Positions 52,939-62,135 of a stretch of DNA of 64,000 nucleotides are shown here, one piece after another (position 1 is the stretch's first letter; every line of letters starts with the position of its first letter). The stretch is from Desulfovibrio sp. (GTDB lineage: Bacteria; Desulfobacterota; Desulfovibrionia; Desulfovibrionales; Desulfovibrionaceae): positions 3,637-67,636 of the forward strand of contig JAVBOI010000017.1 in the NCBI GenBank assembly GCA_031550695.1, read 5' to 3'. Below the pieces are notes generated by a model. The model ran no database searches. It was not told the origin of the DNA and worked only from the letters and a program-made list of their open reading frames with translations. Both the position numbers and the translations under genes were made by a program.

Positions 52939-53979
52939 ATGAATCTTATCGCCGAACTGGAACGCCTGGAGCCGTCGCTGCAAAGCAGCCTGGCGCAGGC
53001 GTCTTCGTTATCGCAAGTGGAAGAATTGCAGATCGCCTTTCTGGGTCGCAAGGGCGCTTTGGCCCAGCTTATGAGCCGGCTGCCGGAACTGACCCCGGAA
53101 GAACGCCCCGCCTTTGGCAAGACCGCCAACGCGATCAAGGAACGCCTGAGCGAACTGCTGGAGGCGCGCAAAAACACCTTTCTGGCCGAGTCCGAGCAGG
53201 CGGAACTGGCCCGTTTCGATCCCACGCTTCCCGGCCGTTCCCCCTGGCAGGGCTCCCTGCATCCCATCACCCTGGTGATGGAGGAAATTTGCCGCGTTTT
53301 CACTTCCCTGGGCTTTGACACCATTTCCGGTCCGGAAGTGGAAACCGACTTCCACAACTTCGAGGCGCTGAACCTGCCCAAGGATCACCCGGCCCGCGAC
53401 ATGCAGGACACTCTCTACGTGTCCGACGGCATTGTCATGCGCACCCATACCTCGCCCATGCAGGTGCGTGCCATGCTGGACCGCAAAAAACCGCCGCTGG
53501 CCGTTATCGCGCCGGGCAGGGTCTACCGCCGTGATTCGGACATCACCCACACGCCCATGTTCCACCAGATCGAAGGTCTGCTTGTGGACAAGGGCGTTTC
53601 CCTCTCTCATTTGCGCGGCACTCTGACCATGTTTTTGCGCGAGCTGTTCGGCAAGGACGTGCAGGTGCGCTTCCGGCCCAGCTTTTTTCCCTTTACCGAG
53701 CCCAGCGTCGAGGTGGACATCTCCTGCATCCTGTGCAACGGCAAAGGGCACCGCGCCGGCAACGAGCCCTGCCGGGTCTGCAAGACCACCGGCTGGCTGG
53801 AAATTCTCGGCTCGGGCATGGTCGATCCGGCCGTGTTCAAGGCCGTGGGCTTTGACGAGGAATGCGCCGGCTTTGCCTTTGGCCTGGGCGTGGAACGCGT
53901 GGCCATGCTCAAATACGGCATAGGCGACTTGCGCATGTTCTTCGAGAACGACCTCCGCTTCCTGCGCCAGTTCGCGTAG
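52939..53979 (+). CDS. pheS: Phenylalanine--tRNA ligase alpha subunit
   Basis: [36 protein letters not shown]. Confidence 0.97.
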   Translation: MNLIAELERLEPSLQSSLAQASSLSQVEELQIAFLGRKGALAQLMSRLPELTPEERPAFGKTANAIKERLSELLEARKNTFLAESEQAELARFDPTLPGRSPWQGSLHPITLVMEEICRVFTSLGFDTISGPEVETDFHNFEALNLPKDHPARDMQDTLYVSDGIVMRTHTSPMQVRAMLDRKKPPLAVIAPGRVYRRDSDITHTPMFHQIEGLLVDKGVSLSHLRGTLTMFLRELFGKDVQVRFRPSFFPFTEPSVEVDISCILCNGKGHRAGNEPCRVCKTTGWLEILGSGMVDPAVFKAVGFDEECAGFAFGLGVERVAMLKYGIGDLRMFFENDLRFLRQFA

Positions 53980-54002
53980 CAGGGAGAAGACCAAGGTATT
54001 CC

Positions 54003-55094
54003 ATGTCTCGGAGCTGCTACTTCATTCCGTACTATGGAGAAAACGCTCCTATCCGGTTTCAGCCCTCTACGGAAGACGGCAAGGGGGGCATGCGCGGCGG
54101 CTCCATTGGTTTTGTCAGCGGGGAAGGTGTGACCGGCGCCGATTGGCTGTGCGTGATCGATCGCCCTTTTGCCAATTTTTATACGGACGTGCCCAGAGAG
54201 CGCCGCATTCTGCTGATGACGGAACCGCCGGATATCCGGCACTATTCCCTGGAATACGCGGAACAATACGGCGTGCTGGTGGGGCCGTGTCCTCCCGAAG
54301 GGTATACGGGCAGGGCTCTGGTGCGTAATCCCGCCCTCGGCTGGTGGGTGGGTTCGGCTCCGGCATACGCGGAGCGGTTTCAACGGCTGGATGATTTCAA
54401 GGCGTTTCGTTGCGAGAAAACCAAGGCGGCTTCCCTTATCGTCAGCCTGAAGCGGCAATGCCCGGGACACCGCTTGCGCCTGACTTTTCTGGACGCGTTA
54501 CGGGAACGGTTCGGCGACGAAATAGACTGCTTCGGCAGAGAGTTCAATCCCGTTCAGGACAAGCTTGAGGCCATAGAGCCGTATAAGTATCATATTGTGC
54601 TGGAAAACAGCGCGGTTGAGTATTACTGGACGGAAAAACTCGCTGACGCCTGGATTGGCTGGAGCCTGCCCCTCTATTTTGGCGATCCAGGCATCAGGGA
54701 GCGCATACCGGACCCGGCGGGCATTGAAATAATCGATATACGGGATGTCCCCTCCGCCTTGCGGCATATTGCCGAGGTATTGGGGCGGGATGATTACGCG
54801 GCCCGGCTGCCCGCCATCTCGCGATGCCGGGAATGGGCCATCCGGGAAAGCAGTCCGTATGAAGCCGTATGCCGGATAATGGAACGTGCTGATAACGCCG
54901 CGTGTTCCCTCCCCGCGTTGGCGGAACTCGAACCCGTGTACAGTCCGGAAGGCCTTGTCAGGCTCATGATAGACCGGGAAATGGAACGCATGATTTTAGA
55001 AAAGAGAACCAGAGGAATCGTCACGGACGCCGACATTACCCTGGAAATCGCCTGGGACGGCCTCAGCGACGATTTTTACGTCACCCGAATCTGA
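54003..55094 (+). CDS. Glycosyltransferase family 10 (alpha-1,3-fucosyltransferase-like)
   Basis: MTEPP and YKYHIVLENSAVEYYWTEKLADA...PLYFG match the GT10 YKFxLxxENS...YxTEK motif. Confidence 0.8.
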   Translation: MSRSCYFIPYYGENAPIRFQPSTEDGKGGMRGGSIGFVSGEGVTGADWLCVIDRPFANFYTDVPRERRILLMTEPPDIRHYSLEYAEQYGVLVGPCPPEGYTGRALVRNPALGWWVGSAPAYAERFQRLDDFKAFRCEKTKAASLIVSLKRQCPGHRLRLTFLDALRERFGDEIDCFGREFNPVQDKLEAIEPYKYHIVLENSAVEYYWTEKLADAWIGWSLPLYFGDPGIRERIPDPAGIEIIDIRDVPSALRHIAEVLGRDDYAARLPAISRCREWAIRESSPYEAVCRIMERADNAACSLPALAELEPVYSPEGLVRLMIDREMERMILEKRTRGIVTDADITLEIAWDGLSDDFYVTRI

Positions 55095-55152
55095 CCACTA
55101 TGCGGGCCGTCCGCCTGCTTCGCGCGGGCGGCTCATTATCCGGAGAACCCCT

Positions 55153-57600
55153 ATGCTGCTCAGTCTTTCCTGGCTTCGGGAATTTGTTCCTTACGAGGGC
55201 GCGGCTGCCGAACTTGGGCGCATGCTCACCATGGTTGGCCTTGAAATGGACGGTTTGAGCCGTCCGTACGAGGCCTTGCGGCCCATTGTGGTGGGGCATG
55301 TGGTCGAGTGCGGCAAGCACCCGGAGGCGGACAAGCTGTCGGTTTGCCGGGTGGACGTGGGCGACGAGGTGCTGGACATTGTCTGCGGCGCGCCCAACGT
55401 GGCCAGGGGGCAGAAGGTGGCCGTGGTCAAGGTGGGCGTGACTCTGCCCACGGGCCTGACCGTGAAAAAGGCCAAACTGCGCGGCGCGCCCTCCAACGGC
55501 ATGATCTGCTCCGAGTTTGAACTGGGCCTGTCCGAGGAGCACGACGGCATTTTGGTGCTGGACGAGAAGGCGTGCGTGGGCGCTTCCTTGCTGGACGCGC
55601 TCGGCCTGGACGACGAGGTGCTGGATATTTCGATCACGCCCAACCGGGGCGATTGTTTGTCCGTGCTGGGGCTGGCCAGGGAAGTGGCGGCCGTGACCGG
55701 CCTGCCGTTGACGATGCCGGAACTGAGGCTGGTGGAGTCCGGAAGCGACGTTTCCGGCGAAGTGACGCTGGAAGTGGCCGATCCGGAGCAGTGCTCCTTG
55801 TACCACGGCCGGGTTATTGAAGGCGCGGCCACGCGCCAAAGCCCGAACTGGCTGCGCTACCGGCTGAAATCCATTGGCGTGCGGGCCATTTCCAATCTGG
55901 TGGACGTGACCAACTACATTCTCATGGAACTGGGCCAGCCCTTGCACGCCTTTGACCTGGACGCGGTGCGCGGCGGCAGGATTATCGTGCGCGGCGCGGA
56001 TCAGGGCGAAGTTTTCGTCACTCTGGACGGGCAGGAACGCAAGCTGCTGCCGTCCGACATCACCATCCGCGACGCCGAACGTACCATCGGCCTGGGCGGG
56101 GTCATGGGCGGGCTGAATTCCGAAATCACGGAAACAAGCAGCCGCGTTTTTCTGGAATGCGCCACCTTCAATCCCATTTACATCCGCAAGACCGCCCGCC
56201 GTTTGTCGCTGCACAGCGAGGCCGCCTACCGTTTCGAGCGCGGGGTGGATCAGGTGGGCGCTACCTATGCCCTGGATCGGGCCGCCTCCATGATGGCGGA
56301 ACTGTCCGGCGGCGCGGTGCGCAAGGGCTTGCCCAAGGCCGAGCCCGCGCCCTGGAAGTCCCCCACGGTGCACCTGCGCCGCGGCCGGGCCGAGGCCCTG
56401 CTCGGCATCAGCCTGGAGCGGACTTTTTACGCCGACACGCTGGCCAAACTCGGCTGCCGGGTGCGGGACGCGGATTCCGGCCTGCGCACCGGCGAAATGC
56501 ACAGCGCCGAGGAGTGGAATGTCGTTCCGCCGAGCTACCGCCGGGATCTGGTCCGCGAGGCGGATTTGATCGAGGAAGTGATCCGCATCTACGGCGTGGA
56601 CCGCGTGCCGCCCACGCTGCCGGAGATCTCCCGGCCTCTGGAGCGGGCGGGCGAGCCGGAGCCCAGGCACGATTTTCTCGGCCGGGTCAAGCACTGGGGC
56701 CGGGGAGCGGGCCTGCACGAGGCGGTCAACTACAGCTTTGTCAGCCACAAGGAGCTGGACCATCTGGCCGGCTCGGTAAACGGGCGGGATGCCGGCGGGC
56801 GCATCGGCATCATGAACCCCCTGAGCGACGACATGAACGTGCTGCGCACGGATCTGGCCCCGGGCCTCTTGAATTCCCTGCGCAACAACCTGGCCCAGGG
56901 CGCCGGCTCGGTGCGGCTTTTTGAAGTGGCGTCCGCCTTTGCGGCTGATCCGGCTTCGGAAACCACGGCCCGCGAAGTGCCGCGCCTGGGCATTATCCTG
57001 CACGGGACCCGCCACGATCAATCCTGGCCTCACGAGGCCGGAGATTTGGATTATCTTGATCTCAAGGGCCTGGTCGAGCATTTGTTCGCCGCCTTTTCCC
57101 TGCCCGGCGGGAGCTTTTCCCTGGCCGAGGGCCAGGGCGCGCCGGCCTGGCTTTCCCCTTGCGTGCGCGTGGACGCGGACGGCGGCCCGGTCGGCTGGCT
57201 GGGCAAGGTCAAGCCCGAGGTGGCCGACCCGTATCACGCGAAAAAAGAGGTCTGGATGGCCGAACTGGATCTGGATCGGCTGTTCGCCCTGCATCAGGCG
57301 GCCAGGGTCCGCTTTGCCCCGCTGCCCACCTTCCCGCCCGTTCGCCGGGACATCACCTTTATCGCCGATTCCGGAGTATCGGCCGGGACCATCGTCAAGG
57401 CTATCGAGGATCTGCGCGCGCCGCTTTTGTCTTCCGTCAGCCTGATCGACTGCTTTGAGCCCGAGGGCCGGAACGAAAGGAACCTGACCTTCCGCCTGAC
57501 CTTCCGCCATGCCGACAGGACGCTGAAAGACGCCGAGGCGGACAAACAGCGCGAAAGCATAGCCGCGGCCCTGCAAAAGACCCTGCCGGTCCGGGTGTGA
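55153..57600 (+). CDS. pheT: Phenylalanine--tRNA ligase beta subunit
   Basis: SLSWLREFV, IVCGAPN, ITPNRGDCLS, RFERGVD, FPPVRRDI. Confidence 0.97.
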   Translation: MLLSLSWLREFVPYEGAAAELGRMLTMVGLEMDGLSRPYEALRPIVVGHVVECGKHPEADKLSVCRVDVGDEVLDIVCGAPNVARGQKVAVVKVGVTLPTGLTVKKAKLRGAPSNGMICSEFELGLSEEHDGILVLDEKACVGASLLDALGLDDEVLDISITPNRGDCLSVLGLAREVAAVTGLPLTMPELRLVESGSDVSGEVTLEVADPEQCSLYHGRVIEGAATRQSPNWLRYRLKSIGVRAISNLVDVTNYILMELGQPLHAFDLDAVRGGRIIVRGADQGEVFVTLDGQERKLLPSDITIRDAERTIGLGGVMGGLNSEITETSSRVFLECATFNPIYIRKTARRLSLHSEAAYRFERGVDQVGATYALDRAASMMAELSGGAVRKGLPKAEPAPWKSPTVHLRRGRAEALLGISLERTFYADTLAKLGCRVRDADSGLRTGEMHSAEEWNVVPPSYRRDLVREADLIEEVIRIYGVDRVPPTLPEISRPLERAGEPEPRHDFLGRVKHWGRGAGLHEAVNYSFVSHKELDHLAGSVNGRDAGGRIGIMNPLSDDMNVLRTDLAPGLLNSLRNNLAQGAGSVRLFEVASAFAADPASETTAREVPRLGIILHGTRHDQSWPHEAGDLDYLDLKGLVEHLFAAFSLPGGSFSLAEGQGAPAWLSPCVRVDADGGPVGWLGKVKPEVADPYHAKKEVWMAELDLDRLFALHQAARVRFAPLPTFPPVRRDITFIADSGVSAGTIVKAIEDLRAPLLSSVSLIDCFEPEGRNERNLTFRLTFRHADRTLKDAEADKQRESIAAALQKTLPVRV

Positions 57601-57601
57601 G

Positions 57602-58429
57602 GTGGCGGCCATGATATCCGAGCACCAGAAGCGAATAGCCACGGGCCTGACGCTGTTGGGCTGTCTGGTCGCGGCCATTGCCTTGGGGGGATGGGCCGCG
57701 CGCCTGTTGGTACTGGCGGCCTCCAGCCTGGCTCTGTGGGAATTCCTGAGCATGTACTGGCCGGGCGGAATGTATCTGGGTAGAAAAGTTTTCGGACTGA
57801 CCATGGGAGCCGCAATCGTGCTTTCCCAGATCCTTGGTCCGCACTGGACGGCCGTGGCGGTGGTGCTGGGATTTTCCGCCGTTTCCCTGGCCTTTTTGTT
57901 CGATTTCGGCCGGGGCAACGCCGAGGCCCGTTTCGGGCATTACGGCCCGCTGATTCACGGCCTGGTCTACATTCCCCTGGTGCTGCAACTGGTTCTGCTC
58001 CTTGCGCCCTCCGAACAGTGCATGGTCATGCTGGCGGCCGTGGCGGCCGACACGGGTGGCTATTATGCCGGCAAATACTTTGGCAACCGCAAGATATGGC
58101 CCCTGGTCAGCCCCAAAAAGACCTGGGCCGGCTTTTTCGGCGGCATTGCCCTGAGCGTGCTGGTGTGCGCGGTGCAAGGCTTTTTGGGCAAGACCATGGG
58201 CTGGTCGCTGCCGGCTTTGCCTGTATGGGCCTGGGCTTGTTTGGGCCTGGTTTTCTGCCTGTCGGCCCAGCTTGGGGACTTTTTTGAATCCGCCCTCAAG
58301 CGCAGTCTGAGCGTGAAGGATTCCAGCTCGCTTTTACCCGGCCACGGCGGCGTGCTTGATCGAATCGACAGCGTTCTTTTTGTCCTGCCCGTGTATTGTC
58401 TGACCCGGCTGCTGGCGATGGTGGCGTGA
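57602..58429 (+). CDS. cdsA: Phosphatidate cytidylyltransferase
   Basis: SPKKTWAG, GDFFESALKR...KDSSSLLPGHGGVLDRIDS. Start at 57602 (GTG) or 57611 (ATG). Confidence 0.93.
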   Translation: MAAMISEHQKRIATGLTLLGCLVAAIALGGWAARLLVLAASSLALWEFLSMYWPGGMYLGRKVFGLTMGAAIVLSQILGPHWTAVAVVLGFSAVSLAFLFDFGRGNAEARFGHYGPLIHGLVYIPLVLQLVLLLAPSEQCMVMLAAVAADTGGYYAGKYFGNRKIWPLVSPKKTWAGFFGGIALSVLVCAVQGFLGKTMGWSLPALPVWAWACLGLVFCLSAQLGDFFESALKRSLSVKDSSSLLPGHGGVLDRIDSVLFVLPVYCLTRLLAMVA

Positions 58430-59712
58430 TGCGGTACATTTCCCGCCTTCCGGACGAGCGCTGGCAGCGGGCCTTTCCGCGCACGCTTGCCATTCTGGGC
58501 AGCACCGGCTCCATCGGCCGTTCGGCCCTGGAAGTGGTCCGGCTGCAACCGGAGCGCTTTCGGGTGGCGGCCCTGGCCGGGGGCAGAAACATGCCCCTGC
58601 TGGCCAAACAGGCGGCCGAATTCCGTCCGGACTGCCTGGGCGTGCTGGAAGCGCCCTCAATTCCCCAACTGCGCGAACTGTTGCCCGCTGGCTACGCCCC
58701 GACCATTGTGGCCGGGCAGGAAGGCTTTGAGACCATTGCCGCGCTGCCCGGCGTTTCCACCGTGCTTTCGGCCCAGGTGGGCGCGGCCGGCCTGCGGGCC
58801 ACCTTTGCCGCGGCCAGGTCTGGCAAGGTCATCGCCCTGGCCAACAAGGAATCGCTGGTGCTGGCGGGCCGGCTTATTCGCGCCTGCTGCGAAAAAAGCG
58901 GGGCCAGCATCCTGCCGGTGGATTCCGAGCACAACGCCATTTTTCAGTGTCTGGCCGAACGCCTGCTCAAAAATGCCCCGGCGCGGGCGGGAGTTTCCGT
59001 TTCGCCCTCCGGCCCGGATTCCGGGCTGCGCCGCCTGATCCTGACCGCTTCGGGGGGCCCTTTTTACGGCCGCAGCCGGGAAGAACTGGCCGGCGTGACC
59101 TCGGCCCAGGCCCTGGCCCATCCCAACTGGACCATGGGGGCCAAAATTACCGTCGATTCGGCCACGCTCATGAACAAGGGTCTGGAACTCATGGAGGCCC
59201 ATCACCTTTACGGCCTGCCCATGTCCGGCCTGGACGTGGTCGTGCACCGGGAATCGATCATCCATTCCCTGGTGGAATTCGCCGACGGCTCGCATCTGGC
59301 CCAGCTTTCCCTGCCGGACATGCGCACCCCCATAGCCCATTGCCTGGGCTGGCCGGAGCGCATCCAGGCCGGCGTGCCCCGTCTGGATTTGCCCGCTCTC
59401 GCTTCCATGACCTTTGCCCGGCCGGACGAGAAAACTTTTTCCTGCCTCGCCCTGGCCCGCCAGGCGCAGGAGCGGGGATGCGGCAGCCCGGTGGTGCTGA
59501 ACGCGGCCAACGAAGAAGCCGTGGCCGCCTTTCTGGAAGACCGCCTCGGTTTTCTCGGCATAGCCGACATTGTGGGCCGGGCACTTGCCGAATATGATTC
59601 CGGGATGTATTCTGATCACAATGCCTCCCGCGAGCCCGCAAACGTGGACGAGGTTCTCGCCCTGGACGCCGAAGCCCGGCGCCGGACGCGCGAACTGATG
59701 CGCCGGGCGTGA
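58429..59712 (+). CDS. dxr: 1-deoxy-D-xylulose-5-phosphate reductoisomerase
   Basis: LGSTGSIG, LANKESLV, PVDSEH, HPNWTMGAKIT. Confidence 0.96.
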   Translation: MRYISRLPDERWQRAFPRTLAILGSTGSIGRSALEVVRLQPERFRVAALAGGRNMPLLAKQAAEFRPDCLGVLEAPSIPQLRELLPAGYAPTIVAGQEGFETIAALPGVSTVLSAQVGAAGLRATFAAARSGKVIALANKESLVLAGRLIRACCEKSGASILPVDSEHNAIFQCLAERLLKNAPARAGVSVSPSGPDSGLRRLILTASGGPFYGRSREELAGVTSAQALAHPNWTMGAKITVDSATLMNKGLELMEAHHLYGLPMSGLDVVVHRESIIHSLVEFADGSHLAQLSLPDMRTPIAHCLGWPERIQAGVPRLDLPALASMTFARPDEKTFSCLALARQAQERGCGSPVVLNAANEEAVAAFLEDRLGFLGIADIVGRALAEYDSGMYSDHNASREPANVDEVLALDAEARRRTRELMRRA

Positions 59713-59735
59713 TGGAGGGTGGAGAAACACTTGTC

Positions 59736-60791
59736 ATGATCGGAACCATAGCTGTTATTCTTGTCTTTGGCGGACTGATTTTTTTCCATGAACTGGGGCA
59801 CTTTCTTGTGGCCCGTTCTTTCGGCATGGGCGTAAAGACTTTTTCCCTCGGCTTCGGGCCAACCGTATTCTCGTTTAAGCGGAGAAAGACCAGATACCAG
59901 GTGGCGGCCGTTCCTCTGGGCGGTTTTGTCTCGCTGGTGGGTGAGACTGCGGACGCGGAGATTCCCGAAGAATTCACGCCGGAAGAAAGTTTCAGTCTGC
60001 GACCGGCCTGGCAGCGTTTTCTGGTCATCGCGGCCGGTTCGAGCTTTAACCTGCTGCTGGCCTGGTTTATCTGCTGGGGTCTGGTGTGGGTGAACGGCCG
60101 CACCGAGATGACCCCGGTGGTGGGGGAAATTCTGGAAGGCAGCGCCGCTTCTTCCTCTCCCATGCAGGTGGGCGACCGGATAGTAAGCCTGAACGGCAAG
60201 ACAATCCGCGTCTGGACGGAAATGCCGCCCATTGTGCAGGAAAACCAGGGCAAGCCCATGGTTGTGGTCATCAGCCGGCCTGATGACAGCACCCTGACCT
60301 TCAGCATTGAGCCCAGGCTGATCAAGCAGACGCTGCCGAACGGCGAGGAAATCGAAAACTGGGGCATGGGCATACGGCAGTCACGCCATGTTTACGGCTT
60401 CTTCCAATCGGCCCGGGAAGGTCTGGCCGAAGCCAGAGACATGGTGACCTTTACCTGGAACGCCCTGGCGGATCTGGTCAGCCGCAAGGTTTCCTTCGAC
60501 AACGTGGGCGGTCCCATCCTGATCGCCCAGGTCATATACAAGCAGGCGGACCACGGTCTGATCAGCGTGTTCATGATTGCCGCCCTGATCAGCGTGAACC
60601 TGGGTCTGCTCAATCTTTTGCCCATTCCGGTGCTGGACGGCGGCCATCTGGTGTTCCTGCTGGTGGAAATGATCATCAGGCGACCGGTGCCGCCGGCCGT
60701 GCAGGAAAAGGCAGCCATTGTCGGCCTGTTCGCGCTGATCAGTCTTATGATTGCCGCCACGCTCAACGATGTGATACGCTTTTTCAATTGA
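59736..60791 (+). CDS. rseP: RIP metalloprotease RseP
   Basis: HELGH, PDZ domain, NLLPIPVLDGG. Confidence 0.93.
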   Translation: MIGTIAVILVFGGLIFFHELGHFLVARSFGMGVKTFSLGFGPTVFSFKRRKTRYQVAAVPLGGFVSLVGETADAEIPEEFTPEESFSLRPAWQRFLVIAAGSSFNLLLAWFICWGLVWVNGRTEMTPVVGEILEGSAASSSPMQVGDRIVSLNGKTIRVWTEMPPIVQENQGKPMVVVISRPDDSTLTFSIEPRLIKQTLPNGEEIENWGMGIRQSRHVYGFFQSAREGLAEARDMVTFTWNALADLVSRKVSFDNVGGPILIAQVIYKQADHGLISVFMIAALISVNLGLLNLLPIPVLDGGHLVFLLVEMIIRRPVPPAVQEKAAIVGLFALISLMIAATLNDVIRFFN

Positions 60792-60801
60792 CCCGGCATG
60801 T

Positions 60802-61812
60802 ATGTTGAAACCGTCACCCGCGTCCATGCCGTCCTTCGGGGACGGGCCCAAGGTTCAAAAAGCCGGTCACTGCCTGTGCCTGAACGCGGCCGAGGGGCTG
60901 CTGCAACTGGTCATAGCCCGGCGGGAAAGCGCCGGGCCGTCGGCGTTTACCCTGCTGTGCGCGGAATCCTGGCACGCGCCCTCGCAGGGCGCGGAACTGC
61001 TGACTCCGGCCCTGGCCGATGCCCTGGCCCGCCTGAAGCTCGCGCCCGGGGATATTGATCGTATCGCCTGCGTGCGCGGTCCGGGCAGTTTTACCGGCGT
61101 GCGCCTGGTGCTGGCCACAGCGGCCGGTCTGGTCAGAGCTACGGGCGCGGAGCAGGCGGGCATGGGCTACCTGTCCCTGCTGGCCTTAAGCGCGGCCCGT
61201 CGCCTGGGGCCGCTTTGGGAAGCGGGAGAGGGCGGCCTGAAACACCCGGCCGGGCAGGGGGAACACGTGTTGTGGGTGCTTACCCACGCCCGCAAACAAC
61301 TGATCCACATGCGGGGCTTCGCCTTTTTCGCCGCCGGGAAGGCGTCCGACGCCGCGCCCGCCCCGCTCACGGATATCCACGTCTGTTCGCCGCTTGAAGC
61401 GGCCTTGTTCATCCAGTCCTACCGGGAGCAAAGCGAAAAAGACGGCAGTGCTTCTATCCGGCCCCTTGTGCTGGGCAGCGGGTTGCGCCGCAATTATCCG
61501 GCCGTTGCCGCCGGGTTTGCCGCCGGTAAAGGTTTTTCTGAAAATGGTCCGGCCAGCGGGGGAGCCCCGGAAAACGATCCGGCCGGCGGGGCGCGCGCTC
61601 CCCTGTTTCTGCCTCCGGATTTTGATCTGCCCCTGCCCGAGGCCATGCTGGAGCTTGCCGGGCAACTCGCCTATTCCCGCAAAGACATCGAACCGCTTTA
61701 CGTTCGCCCCCCCGATGCCGAGGAAAACCTGGAGCGCATCGCCCTTTCCCTGGGGCTTGACCCGGAGCGGGCGCGCGACAAGCTGGCCGCGCTCACGCGG
61801 CCGTTGTCCTGA
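60802..61812 (+). CDS. tsaB: tRNA threonylcarbamoyladenosine biosynthesis protein TsaB
   Basis: RGPGSFTGVR and EPLYVR motifs; follows rseP. Confidence 0.85.
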   Translation: MLKPSPASMPSFGDGPKVQKAGHCLCLNAAEGLLQLVIARRESAGPSAFTLLCAESWHAPSQGAELLTPALADALARLKLAPGDIDRIACVRGPGSFTGVRLVLATAAGLVRATGAEQAGMGYLSLLALSAARRLGPLWEAGEGGLKHPAGQGEHVLWVLTHARKQLIHMRGFAFFAAGKASDAAPAPLTDIHVCSPLEAALFIQSYREQSEKDGSASIRPLVLGSGLRRNYPAVAAGFAAGKGFSENGPASGGAPENDPAGGARAPLFLPPDFDLPLPEAMLELAGQLAYSRKDIEPLYVRPPDAEENLERIALSLGLDPERARDKLAALTRPLS

Positions 61813-62060
61813 CTTCCCGTTTCGGCCGGCTTGACGCGGCCGCCCGTTCGTTTTACACGACACCCACAGGATGACAGTTCGAAACCCCAACAGGACAGGG
61901 TTCAATGGAAAATTCCCGCTAAAAACCTGGTTGACAGTGTTTTTGCCGCGACCTTCGCAGCGCTCGCGCCGCTTGCGGATGTCCGGACTTGCGGGAATTT
62001 CGCTTTGCCTGATCCTGTTTCGGCGTTGATCGTCCGCGCGGCGTAATCGCGCATTGCAGG

Positions 62061-62095
62061 AGACCGCGGAAAGGAAATTTCCGGCGGTCTTTTTT
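62061..62095 (+). terminator. Leader terminator (attenuator-like) upstream of the ABC-F gene
   Basis: AGACCGCGGAAA...TTTCCGGCGGTCT hairpin followed by T5, about 40 nt before the start codon. Confidence 0.65.
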
Positions 62096-62135
62096 GTTGC
62101 GCGCCGTGGAGAAATCCACGCCGGAGGTTTGCGCC

